A stretch of 64,000 nt of DNA from Spirochaetia bacterium. Lineage in GTDB: Bacteria; Spirochaetota; Spirochaetia; SZUA-6; Bin103. Made by a program: the position numbers and the translations under genes. Below the pieces are notes generated by a model. It had not been told where the DNA came from, did no database searches, and saw nothing but the letters and a program-made list of their open reading frames with translations. The stretch covers positions 742,450 through 806,449 of the forward strand of contig CBDBOV010000002.1 in the NCBI GenBank assembly GCA_965208575.1, given 5' to 3'. The stretch's first letter is position 1. The number at the start of each line of letters is the position of its first letter. Positions 18,486 to 27,447 of the stretch are shown one piece after another.

Positions 18486-19321
18486 GCATGAAACTGGGGT
18501 TCTCCACGCTCGGCTGCCCGGCTTGGCCCTACGAGACCATCGTGGCGCGGGCGCGTGAGTACGGTTTCGATGGCTTCGAGATCCGCGGCGTGATGGGCGA
18601 GATGGACTTGCTCAAGGTGCCCGAGTTGCAGGCGGGACGCCGCGCCGAGACGCTGCGCATGGCGCACGACGCCGGCCTGGAGATCATGATGCTGATGACC
18701 GGCTGCAAGTTCTCATCCGCCTCGGCCGTCGACCGGCAGGCCAATATCGACGAGGCGAAGGCCAACATCGACCTGGCGCGCGCCATGGGGGTCGACAAGA
18801 TCCGCCTGTACGGCGGCAACATCGCCCCGGACGTCGGCCCCGGACAGGCCTACGGCTGGATCGCCGAGTGCCTGCGCACCGTGGCCGAATACGGCGCCAC
18901 CGTCGGCGTCGCAGCAGCGATCGAGACGCACGACGGCTTCGTCGACTCGTTCCTGGTCAGGGACATGCTCGCGCGCGTGGATCACCCGTTCATGAAGGTG
19001 GAGTGGGACGTGCATCACCCGTGGCGCATGTTCGGGCAGACCCCGGCCCAGTGTTGGGAAAACCTCGGCGCGCACGTGGTGGACACCCACTTCAAGGACT
19101 CGTTCCTGACCGAAGGCGACAAGGACGGCTACCGCTACTGCCTGCTCGGCGACGGCGACATGCCGGTGCGCGACGCGCTGCGCGTGCTCCAGGCCGGCGG
19201 CTACGACGGCTACCTCACGCTGGAGTGGGAGAAGGCGTGGAAGGACTACCTGCCCGAGCCGGAGGTCGGCTTTCCGCAATACGTCGGGCAGATGCGCGCC
19301 TACCTGGCCGAACTGGAATGA
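18482..19321 (+). CDS. Sugar phosphate isomerase/epimerase (xylose-isomerase-like TIM barrel)
   Basis: GFSTLGCP, IETH, WDVHH, HFKD, TLEWEK. Confidence 0.88.
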   Translation: MSMKLGFSTLGCPAWPYETIVARAREYGFDGFEIRGVMGEMDLLKVPELQAGRRAETLRMAHDAGLEIMMLMTGCKFSSASAVDRQANIDEAKANIDLARAMGVDKIRLYGGNIAPDVGPGQAYGWIAECLRTVAEYGATVGVAAAIETHDGFVDSFLVRDMLARVDHPFMKVEWDVHHPWRMFGQTPAQCWENLGAHVVDTHFKDSFLTEGDKDGYRYCLLGDGDMPVRDALRVLQAGGYDGYLTLEWEKAWKDYLPEPEVGFPQYVGQMRAYLAELE

Positions 19322-19412
19322 GGCGCCTGCGCTGTTCCGTGACGTCGACGGCGGCGAACACCGATGCGCGAGGCTCCCTCGCTGGCCGGCACGTCCGCAC
19401 CAGGGTACGGCA

Positions 19413-20276
19413 GTGCGGCTCGGCGTAGTCGGCCTGGTGCCGGGAGATCCGCGCGCGATCACCGGCGGGCAGTTGCAGCGGGTGGCCGCCCTCGGCGTAT
19501 CGGCGGCCTGCTTCCATGTCCCCGGCGCGGTGCTGGCCGCCGTGACCGGCAGCGACCTGCGCGCCTGCCGGCGGCGCTACCGGGATGCCGGCCTTGGGCT
19601 GGCGCAGATGGGCGTCGGCTACGGCGAGTGCCTGTTCGACCCCGACCCGGCGGTGCGCGCCGCCATCGGGGCCACCATCGCGCGCGGCCTCCAGGCGGCG
19701 GGCGAGTTGGACGCCGGCGTGGTGCTGATCCGCACCGGCAGCCTCAGCCCCACCGGCTCCTACAGCCCGTCGCCGCGCAACCACGAACCGGGCCGCCTGG
19801 AGACGCTGATCGGCGAGCTGCGTACCGTTGCCGCCGCCGCCGAGTCGGTCGGCATCACGGTGGTGGTGGAGACCCACAACCTGACCATTCTCGGCACCCC
19901 GGAGATCAACCGGCAGGTGATCGAGGCGGTGGGCTCGCCGCGGCTCGGGGTGGTGATGGACTTCGTCAACCACTTCCAGTCGCTTGAGCAGGCCTACGCC
20001 AGTACCGCGCGCATCGACCACATCTTCGACGTGATGGGCCCGATCGCCCCGATCGGCCACATCAAGGACCTGGCCACCGCGGACGGCTTCGTCGTGCACC
20101 TCAACGAGGCCCTCCCGGGAGAGGGCTGCCTGGACCTGCACACCGCGGTGCGGCGCTGGGAGGCGCTGGCGCCCGACCGCTACCTGCTGGTGGAGCACCT
20201 GCCCGACGAACGCATCCCGACCGCGGTGGCCAACGTGCAGCGCATCGCCGCCGAAGCGGGCGTGGCGATCCGCTGA
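19413..20276 (+). CDS. Sugar phosphate isomerase/epimerase (TIM barrel)
   Basis: VVETH, VMDFVN, HIKD, PGEG.LD, LVEH. Confidence 0.85.
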   Translation: MRLGVVGLVPGDPRAITGGQLQRVAALGVSAACFHVPGAVLAAVTGSDLRACRRRYRDAGLGLAQMGVGYGECLFDPDPAVRAAIGATIARGLQAAGELDAGVVLIRTGSLSPTGSYSPSPRNHEPGRLETLIGELRTVAAAAESVGITVVVETHNLTILGTPEINRQVIEAVGSPRLGVVMDFVNHFQSLEQAYASTARIDHIFDVMGPIAPIGHIKDLATADGFVVHLNEALPGEGCLDLHTAVRRWEALAPDRYLLVEHLPDERIPTAVANVQRIAAEAGVAIR

Positions 20277-20278
20277 AC

Positions 20279-21397
20279 ATGCGCATCACCGCCGTCACGC
20301 CGATCCTGACCGACCGCTACCTGCTGGTGCGGGTGGCCACCGACGCCGGCCTCACCGGCAACGGCGAGGCGGGGCTGTGGGCCCGCCACGAGGTGGTGGC
20401 GCGGGAGATCGAGTCGCTCGCCGAGTACTTCTTCGGCAAGGACCCGGCGCTCATCGAGCACCACCACCAGGCGCTGTCGCGCGCCACCCACTTCATGGGC
20501 TCGGTTGCCAGCGCCGCGCTCAGCGCCATCGACGTGGCGCTGTGGGACATCGCCGGCAAGGCGGCCGGCCTGCCGGTGCACCGCCTGCTCGGCGGCCGCT
20601 GCCGCAACCGCATCAAGGTGTTCGAGAACGTCGCCGGCGACAGCGTCGAGGCGCGCGCCGACCACGCCCGCGAACTGCTGGAACAAGGTTTCACCGCGCT
20701 GCGCACGCAGCCGTTCTTCGCCGGCTGGGAGCGTACCGAATCCTCCAGCGCGGTGATCGGCGAGGCGGTCGAGATCGTCGGCGCCATTCGCGACGCCATC
20801 GGCGACCGTGCCGACCTGGGCGTCGAGATCCACCGCAACCTCACTCCCGACGAGGCTATCAACCTGGCCCAGGAACTCGCCCCGTTCCGGCTCAGCTACT
20901 ACGAAGATCCGCTGCCGCCGGAGAGCGAGGACGCCCTGGAGTACGTCGCCCGCCACGTCGACCTGCCGATCGCCGCCGGCGAACGCAGCTACAACCTGTT
21001 CCAGTTCGCATCGCTGATCGGGCGCCGCATCGCCGCCTTCATCCGCCCCGACCTGTCGCTCGCCGGCGGCATCACCGGAGTCAAGAAGATCGCCGCCGTC
21101 GCCGAGGCCAGCTTCGTGCGCGTGTTCCCGCACCTGATGGGCAGCCCGGTCAACACCTGCGCCTTCGCCCAGCTCGACGCCGCCATCCCCAACTACTACA
21201 TCCAGGAGGCCAACCTGCCGCACGGCGCCGCCCGCGAAATCGTCGACCACCCCCCGCAGGTCGTCGACGGCTACCTGCAACTCCCCGACCGCCCCGGCAT
21301 CGGCATCGAAATCGACGAATCCGCCGCCGCCCGCTTCCCGTTCCACCCCCGCCGCCCCGCCGCCCCCCGCAACCCCGATGCCTCCATCCGCCACTAA
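20279..21397 (+). CDS. Mandelate racemase/muconate lactonizing enzyme family (acid-sugar dehydratase-like)
   Basis: SAIDVALWDIAGK..GLPVHRLLGG, YEDP, AAGER, PDRPGIGIE. Confidence 0.9.
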   Translation: MRITAVTPILTDRYLLVRVATDAGLTGNGEAGLWARHEVVAREIESLAEYFFGKDPALIEHHHQALSRATHFMGSVASAALSAIDVALWDIAGKAAGLPVHRLLGGRCRNRIKVFENVAGDSVEARADHARELLEQGFTALRTQPFFAGWERTESSSAVIGEAVEIVGAIRDAIGDRADLGVEIHRNLTPDEAINLAQELAPFRLSYYEDPLPPESEDALEYVARHVDLPIAAGERSYNLFQFASLIGRRIAAFIRPDLSLAGGITGVKKIAAVAEASFVRVFPHLMGSPVNTCAFAQLDAAIPNYYIQEANLPHGAAREIVDHPPQVVDGYLQLPDRPGIGIEIDESAAARFPFHPRRPAAPRNPDASIRH

Positions 21398-22298
21398 CCC
21401 CCCACCCGGACAAGCCCGAACGCAACCCGACTCCCCCGCCGCTCAGTTCCCGCTCAGTCGCATCCCCGCCGCCAACGTCTCGCAGGTGCCGCAACGCAGC
21501 CCGTTACGATATCCCGGTGGCAAGACCTGGCTGGTCCCGCACATCCGCGAGTGGCTGACCGTGACCCACCGGCGGACGCTGATCGAACCATTCGCCGGCG
21601 GCGCGATCGTGGGCCTGACAGCGGTCATGGAAAACCTGGCCGAGCGCGCGATTCTCGTGGAGCGTGACCCTGATGTGGCCGCCTTCTGGCGCGCTGCCCT
21701 GGATCACGGCGCCGCCCTCGCCGAACGCGTCAGGAAGTTCGTTCCCACGCCCGAACGAATTCGTGACTTGGCACACAGCTCCCCGGCCGAGATCGCTGCC
21801 CGCGGATTTCGTACCCTGGTGCTGAACCGCACCCGCAGGGCCGGCATTTTGGCACCGGGCGCATCGCTCATCCGCCGGGGCGAGAACGATCGGGGACTCC
21901 TCTCGCGCTGGTATCCGGAAACCCTGGCGGCGCGGCTGGAGGAGATCGCGGCGTACGCGGATCGAATCACGTTCCACCACGCCGACAGCATGCGGCTTAT
22001 GGAACCGCTGCTGCGGACCGAGGGGCGCAACGCGGCGCTATTCGTCGACCCTCCGTACACCGCCGGCGGCAAACGTGCCGGGCGTCGTCTCTACGCCCAC
22101 ACCGATCTGGACCACGAGCGCCTGTTCCGGGTCCTTGCACAGTGCGAGGCGAGCGTGCTCATGACCTACGATTGTTCGCCCGAGGTGATCCACCTGGTGC
22201 AATATCATGGTTTCCACGCGGTGCGGGTGCGCATGAAGAATGCTCACCACGAACACCTGGCGGAAGTAGTGATTACGCGCGACCGACTCTTCGCTTGA
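21378..22298 (+). CDS. Dam-family (D12 class) N6-adenine DNA methyltransferase, orphan
   Basis: SPLRYPGGK, EPFAGG, LNRT, FVDPPY, LMTYD. Start uncertain. Confidence 0.9.
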   Translation: MPPSATNPPPGQARTQPDSPAAQFPLSRIPAANVSQVPQRSPLRYPGGKTWLVPHIREWLTVTHRRTLIEPFAGGAIVGLTAVMENLAERAILVERDPDVAAFWRAALDHGAALAERVRKFVPTPERIRDLAHSSPAEIAARGFRTLVLNRTRRAGILAPGASLIRRGENDRGLLSRWYPETLAARLEEIAAYADRITFHHADSMRLMEPLLRTEGRNAALFVDPPYTAGGKRAGRRLYAHTDLDHERLFRVLAQCEASVLMTYDCSPEVIHLVQYHGFHAVRVRMKNAHHEHLAEVVITRDRLFA

Positions 22299-22308
22299 GC
22301 TGTAAGGC

Positions 22309-22335
22309 GACGGGGGACCGTGATGGTCCCCCGTC
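22309..22335. terminator. Hairpin between convergent genes
   Basis: gacgggggacc-gtgat-ggtcccccgtc, perfect 11-bp stem. Confidence 0.65.
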
Positions 22336-22350
22336 CTGCTTCGGCAGCGC

Positions 22351-22934
22351 CTAGCGCGCGGTGACGGGTTCGGGTTCGCGGGCGGGCTGGGCGGCGGCGC
22401 CGTTGCCGGCCGCGGCGACGTGGCGGGTGGCCTTGGCGTCTTGCAGGGCCTTGAGCACCTTGGGAGGTGACATCGGCACTTCGTACAGGCGCACGCCGAC
22501 GGCGTCGTAGATGGCGTTGGCGATGGCCGCGAGCGGCTGCACGATGGCGTTCTCGCCGACGCCGCGGATGCCGTACGGGTGGCGCGGGTTGGGCACCTCG
22601 ACCACCACGGTGTCGATCATCGGCAGGTCGAGGGTCACCGGCATGCGGTAGTCCAGGAAGCCGGCGTTCTCCATCACGCCGTCCTTGTCGAACAGGTACT
22701 CCTCGTTGAGCGCCCAGCCGATGCCCTGCACGGCGCCGCCCTGCATCTGGCCTTCCACGTAGCTCTTGTGCAGCGCGCGCCCGGCGTCCTGGCACACGGT
22801 GTAGCGAATCACGTCCACCTTGCCGGTGTCCGGGTCCACCTCCACGTCGCAGATGTGGGTGCCGAGCGCCGGCGCGGCGCCCTTGGCGTTCACCGCCGCG
22901 TCCGCCGCCAGCGGCCCGCCGGTCTGCGACGCCT
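22351..22934 (-). pseudogene. Duplicated 3' 584 bp of the xanthine dehydrogenase Mo-subunit gene (matches 25027-25610)
   Basis: Colinear with no indels, about 14 substitutions counted by eye; no own start. Confidence 0.92.
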
Positions 22935-22935
22935 C

Positions 22936-23059
22936 TTCGCATCGCTGATCGGCTGCCGCATCGCCGAATTCGTGCGCCCCGACCTGTCGCTCGCCTGCGG
23001 CATCACCGGAGTCAAGACGATCGCCGCCGTCGCCGAGGCCAGCTTCGTACGCGTGTTCC
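22936..23059 (+). pseudogene. Diverged internal copy of the mandelate racemase gene (matches 21005-21128)
   Basis: FASLIGCRIAEFVRPDLSLACGITGVKTIAAVAEASFVRVF vs FASLIGRRIAAFIRPDLSLAGGITGVKKIAAVAEASFVRVF. Confidence 0.9.
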
Positions 23060-23160
23060 ACGCGGTCCGAGTGTCGATGCGGACCGCCCACCACCACGAA
23101 CGCACCGAATTGGTTATCACCCGTGACCGTCTCGTTCACCAGGGTGGCAGCGACGGGTGA
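23056..23160 (+). pseudogene. Diverged 3' end of a second Dam methylase allele (matches 22212-22298)
   Basis: FHAVRVSMRTAHHHERTELVITRDRLV vs FHAVRVRMKNAHHEHLAEVVITRDRLF. Confidence 0.85.
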
Positions 23161-23254
23161 TTGCTGACCCGACAACCCGTGAGCACCAAACTGTTGCAGC
23201 AACGTGTGTGCGCGGGAAGCCCAGCTCTATGGCAAGGGGAGGGCATTGGGGAGG

Positions 23255-23691
23255 CTATCGCTGGGGCAGGCGAGCGACGGCTACGTCGTCGCTATCGACA
23301 CGGTAAGTCACCGCTACGACCTCATCCAGTTTCGGATCGCTCAGCACACCGCGCACGAAGATCGGCATGTTTGTCCCCATTTCCTGCCGGGCTGATGGGA
23401 CGACCAATCCGCCTATCCCGAGTGCTCTGGCTTCTGCGCCGAGTTGGTTGCAAAACGAATAATCGCTATCACGGACCAGGTCTGGCCACTCTCGTTTCCT
23501 GGACCGAAGGTCCTTCTCAACACCATCGAAAGTGCAACGGAATCCCTGGTAGTAGGCCGTACGATTGCGTTTCGGACCTGACCATCGGGGTCTAGGTCCA
23601 ACTCTGCAAGAAACTCATTGTCGTCACGCGATACTCTCGAGAATCGGAATACGACTCGTCTACGGCTCTCGCTCAATATGCCTTCAAGCAT
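23255..23691 (-). pseudogene. RES-domain toxin, out-of-frame break (probable internal deletion) near 23580
   Basis: N-part MLEGILSESRRRVVFRF...LDPDG; C-part in another frame AYYQGF.CTFDG..DLR..WPDL..DYSFCNQLG..AR..GLVVPSAR..GTN..IF, typical of the RES C-half; directly downstream of an Xre/MbcA antitoxin. Confidence 0.72.
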
Positions 23692-23692
23692 A

Positions 23693-24253
23693 CTACCGAA
23701 CTCCAGCCGCCGACTCGACATATTCCCGAGCCAACAAAAGGGATTCCATAGAGCCCTCAAGCATAAGGGACAATGGCGACGTGTCGCTCAACATGTGGTG
23801 TTGCTCTCGCAACCAGTCGTTTTCCACATCCAGATCGCGGAACATTGACCACAGCGTTCTGCGAATAAAGAACAGATGGGCGATTCTATCCCTCACATCC
23901 CGTCCGCGGAACTTCTCCTGCCCATCCAGTACAGCGGAGACATGCTCGATATCCTCTGAATCGTAACCCAGAATTTCAACTGCGTCAGACATACCGAGGT
24001 GCCAAGATTCCTTCAATTTCCGGATGAATTGGACAGGTCCAGTCAGCCTGCCAGCTATCTGTCCTGAGCCACCACGTGCCTGATTCGAAGGGGCCGAGTA
24101 TCTGTCATGGTGTGGGCGGATCGATTTCAGCGTGCGGCGATCGTCAGCAATCTGGAAGGCTCCCACTATGGAAACGCCACGCTTCACCAAGGCGTCCGTT
24201 GGAAAGTCCCGAGGTTGGCCGACGCGGCCTCTCTCGGCTTGAGCGGGCGCCAC
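23693..24253 (-). CDS. Xre/MbcA/ParS-type antitoxin
   Basis: W.L....A..ILG; DRIAHLFFIRRTL..MF.....DWLRE....L...SPLSLMLEGSMESLLLAREYV. Confidence 0.78.
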   Translation of the reverse strand: MAPAQAERGRVGQPRDFPTDALVKRGVSIVGAFQIADDRRTLKSIRPHHDRYSAPSNQARGGSGQIAGRLTGPVQFIRKLKESWHLGMSDAVEILGYDSEDIEHVSAVLDGQEKFRGRDVRDRIAHLFFIRRTLWSMFRDLDVENDWLREQHHMLSDTSPLSLMLEGSMESLLLAREYVESAAGVR

Positions 24254-24843
24254 TAAACTTCTCCACCGTTGGCGAACAAAGGTACAAACAACACAGATCC
24301 GCGGTCGCCGCCGGCTCCCGCATCCCCTTGCTGGTAGCCACTTCCGCTACCCCCGCCGTCCCCTCCTTGGCCGACTTCGATCTCGAACCGATCGCCTTGA
24401 GACAATCGATGAAGTTCCACAATGCGGGTTTCTCCGGGAAATCCCTTGCCGCCGTCACCGCCATCGGACACTATGCGGCCATCGGCCGGAGGTGCGACGG
24501 CTCCGCGGCCGCCGTCGCCGCCAGCTCCGTAGTGGCCGCCGTTGCCGTTGTGCCCCTTGACCGGTTTGCCGTCAACCAGGCCGCCGCCACTGCCCCCGTC
24601 ACCACCACTACCGCCGGCTGCCCGATGGACCTCCCCTCCGGCCCGAATGGTGGTTGCTGCACCGCCACCGCCGCCACCGCCGCCAGCCGCACCAAAGAGA
24701 TTCAGGCCCTCAAGACAAAGGGCGCCACCGCCACCGCCGCCACCTCCGGACGCGCCCACGACAACGGCAAGACCGTGTGGGGTGTCCCATGGCCACTCGA
24801 AGAATCCAGATTCGGTGACGCGTCGTGGCGCTGCACCCCTCAT
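24253..24843 (-). CDS. Glycine-rich domain protein (phage tail-fibre/ALK-type polyglycine bundle-like)
   Basis: F.WP...VVVGASGGGGGGGG...IEVGQGGDGG...GAGGDRGSVLF; GGAGGT RBS before ATG 24843; stop overlaps the antitoxin GTG. Confidence 0.65.
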   Translation of the reverse strand: MRGAAPRRVTESGFFEWPWDTPHGLAVVVGASGGGGGGGGALCLEGLNLFGAAGGGGGGGGAATTIRAGGEVHRAAGGSGGDGGSGGGLVDGKPVKGHNGNGGHYGAGGDGGRGAVAPPADGRIVSDGGDGGKGFPGETRIVELHRLSQGDRFEIEVGQGGDGGGSGSGYQQGDAGAGGDRGSVLFVPLFANGGEV

Positions 24844-25026
24844 CGCATACCTCCGATGGTGCTGTGCGGACAACCGGCCGCGCGCCGGCCGATCCCGCTA
24901 CAATGGTGGTCAGGCTGGCACCGATGTCCAGCGTTGTCCACAGGTTTGCAACTTCCCACACACGGCCTGAACCGCCCGCGGCCGGCGCCCCGGCCGGCGT
25001 GGCAGGGGACGGCGGCGCGGTCGTCC

Positions 25027-27375
25027 CTAGCGCGCGGTGACGGGTTCGGGTTGGCGGGCGGGCTGGGCGGCGGCGCCGTTGCCGGCCGCGGCGACGTGGC
25101 GGGTGGCCTTGGCGTCTTGCAGGGCCTTGAGCACCTTGGGAGGTGACATCGGCACTTCGTACAGGCGCACGCCGACGGCGTCGTAGATGGCGTTGGCGAT
25201 GGCCGCGAGCGGCTGCACGATAGCGTTCTCGCCGACGCCGCGGATGCCGTACGGGTGGCGCGGGTTGGGCACCTCGACGACCACGGTGTCGATCATCGGC
25301 AGGTCGAGCGCCACCGGCATGCGGTAGTCCAGGAAGCCGGCGTTCTCCATCACGCCGTCCTTGTCGAACAGGTACTCCTCGTTCAGCGCCCAGCCGATGC
25401 CCTGCACGGCGCCGCCCTGCATCTGGCCTTCCACGTAGCTCTTGTGCAGCGCGCGTCCGGCATCCTGCGCCACGGTGTAGCGGATCACGTCCACCTTGCC
25501 GGTGTCCGGGTCCACTTCGACGTCGCAGATGTGGGTGCCGAGCGCCGGCGCGGCGCCCTTGGCGTTCACCGCCGCGTCCGCCGCCAGCGGCCCGCCGGTC
25601 TGCGACGCCTTGCCGGCAAGGTCCTTGAGCGACAGCGGCGCCTCGGTGCCGTTGACGCCCGCCTTCAGGTGGGCGGCGCCGTCGCGCCATTCCACGTCGT
25701 CCGCCTTCACCTCCCAGATCTCGGCGGCGCGCCGCCTGGCATCGGCGATCAGCTTGTGCGCCGCCTCGTACACCGCCACCGCGGCGGAGTAGGCGGTGCT
25801 GCTGCCGCCGGTCACGCCGTTGTAGCCGATCGAGTCGGTATCGCCGATCGACGGCCGCACGTCCTCGACGTCGATCTGCAGCTCTTCCGCCGCCACCATG
25901 GCGTGGCCGGCGCGCGAGCCGCCGATGTCGGGCCGCCCGGTGACCAGCGTCACCTTGCCGTCCGGCAGCACCGACAGGTGCGCGGTGGCGTCGCCGCCGC
26001 CGTTCATCCAGAAACCGGAGGCCACGCCGCGGCCCTGGTTGGCGCCGAGCGGCGCCTGGTAGTGCGGGTGCTCCATCGCCGCCCGCACCGTCTCCACCAT
26101 GCCGATCTCCGGGAACACCGGCCCGTACGGCGCCTTGGTGCCCTTCTTCGCCGCGTTGTTGAGCCGGAACTCCAGCGGATCCATGTCGATCTGCTCGCAG
26201 ATCTCGTCGATCACGATCTCGGCAGCGTGGGCCGCGTTGGGCGCGCCCGGCGCGCGGTAGGCGTGCGACTTGGGCTTGTTGACCAGCACGTCGTAGCCGA
26301 CGATGCGGAAGTTCTTGACGTCGTACGGCGCGATCAGCGCCATCATGGCGGCGCCCACCGCCGAGCCGGGGTAGCCGCCGGCCTCGAACCACAGGTCGCA
26401 GTCCACCGCGGTGATGCGCCCGTCGCTGGTGGCGCCCATGCGGATGCGCGTGTGGCTGCCGGGCGCCGGCCCGGTGCCGCGGAACACCTCGTCACGGGTC
26501 ATCACCATCTTCACCGGGTGGCCGGTGCGCTGCGCCATCAGCACCGCCAGCGGCTCCAGGTAGACGGTGGTCTTGCCGCCGAACCCGCCGCCGATCTCGG
26601 CCGCGATCGCCTTGATCCGGGACGGCTCGATGGCCAGCACCTGCGCGGTGGCGTCGCGGATCGAGAAGTGGCCCTGGCTCGACACCCACAGCGTAATCTC
26701 GCCGTTCTCCTTGGCCTCCGCCATGCAGGCGTGGGTCTCGATGTAGCCCTGGTGCACGGTGCCGCTGTCGAACTCATGCTCGATGATCACGTCGGCGGCC
26801 TCGAATCCCTCCTCCAGGTCGCCGTCCGCGAACGTGTTGGTGGAGGCGATGTTGGAGGGCGGAGTGGAGGTGTCGCCGTTGGTGTGCTGGTGCTCCTCGA
26901 TCAGCGGCGCGCCGGGCGAGCACGCCTCCATCACGTCGAGCACCACCGGCAGCCGTTCGTACTCCACGTTGATCAGCTTCAGCGCTTCCTCGGCGACCGA
27001 CGGGCTGGTGGCGGCCACCGCGGCCACGGCATGGCCGTGGTAGTGCACCTTGCGGCGGGCGATCACGTTGTGGGCGGTGTCGCGCACGCTGGCGGGCGCC
27101 TCGCCCTCGATCTGGCCTTCGGAGCTGACCTCCGGCAGGTCGGCGCCGGTGATCACGTCCTTGACGCCGTCGAGCGCGCGCGCGGCGCTGGTGTCGATCG
27201 ACTTGATGCGGCCATGCGCACAGGTGCTGCGCAGCGCTTTGCCGTACAGCATGCCGGGAAGGCTGAAGTCGGCGCCGTACTGGGCGCGGCCCGTTACCTT
27301 GTCGACGCCGTCATGGCGCACCGGGCGCTTGCCGATCCAGCGGAAGTTGGTGTTGTCAGTAGTAGTATCGCTCAT
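25027..27375 (-). CDS. Xanthine dehydrogenase family molybdopterin-binding (large) subunit
   Basis: KVTGRAQYGAD, HQGYIE, IGGGFGGK, AYRAPG, EGQMQGG.VQG.G.AL.E, RGVGE. Confidence 0.93.
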   Translation of the reverse strand: MSDTTTDNTNFRWIGKRPVRHDGVDKVTGRAQYGADFSLPGMLYGKALRSTCAHGRIKSIDTSAARALDGVKDVITGADLPEVSSEGQIEGEAPASVRDTAHNVIARRKVHYHGHAVAAVAATSPSVAEEALKLINVEYERLPVVLDVMEACSPGAPLIEEHQHTNGDTSTPPSNIASTNTFADGDLEEGFEAADVIIEHEFDSGTVHQGYIETHACMAEAKENGEITLWVSSQGHFSIRDATAQVLAIEPSRIKAIAAEIGGGFGGKTTVYLEPLAVLMAQRTGHPVKMVMTRDEVFRGTGPAPGSHTRIRMGATSDGRITAVDCDLWFEAGGYPGSAVGAAMMALIAPYDVKNFRIVGYDVLVNKPKSHAYRAPGAPNAAHAAEIVIDEICEQIDMDPLEFRLNNAAKKGTKAPYGPVFPEIGMVETVRAAMEHPHYQAPLGANQGRGVASGFWMNGGGDATAHLSVLPDGKVTLVTGRPDIGGSRAGHAMVAAEELQIDVEDVRPSIGDTDSIGYNGVTGGSSTAYSAAVAVYEAAHKLIADARRRAAEIWEVKADDVEWRDGAAHLKAGVNGTEAPLSLKDLAGKASQTGGPLAADAAVNAKGAAPALGTHICDVEVDPDTGKVDVIRYTVAQDAGRALHKSYVEGQMQGGAVQGIGWALNEEYLFDKDGVMENAGFLDYRMPVALDLPMIDTVVVEVPNPRHPYGIRGVGENAIVQPLAAIANAIYDAVGVRLYEVPMSPPKVLKALQDAKATRHVAAAGNGAAAQPARQPEPVTAR

Positions 27376-27447
27376 GGTCGTGCTCCTTCGGTCGCCACAT
27401 TGTAGGGCAATGCCCGCCACCGGGGCAATGCGCCGCCGGCGTGCCTG

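Noticed and set aside
22351-23202. 283-aa ORF as a real small Mo-enzyme subunit
   Set aside because: Its N-terminal third is the antisense of racemase and Dam fragments; only the duplicated xdh end is meaningful.
24540-24745. (ccgcca)n tracts as a microsatellite or contingency locus
   Set aside because: They encode the polyglycine runs of the Gly-rich protein.
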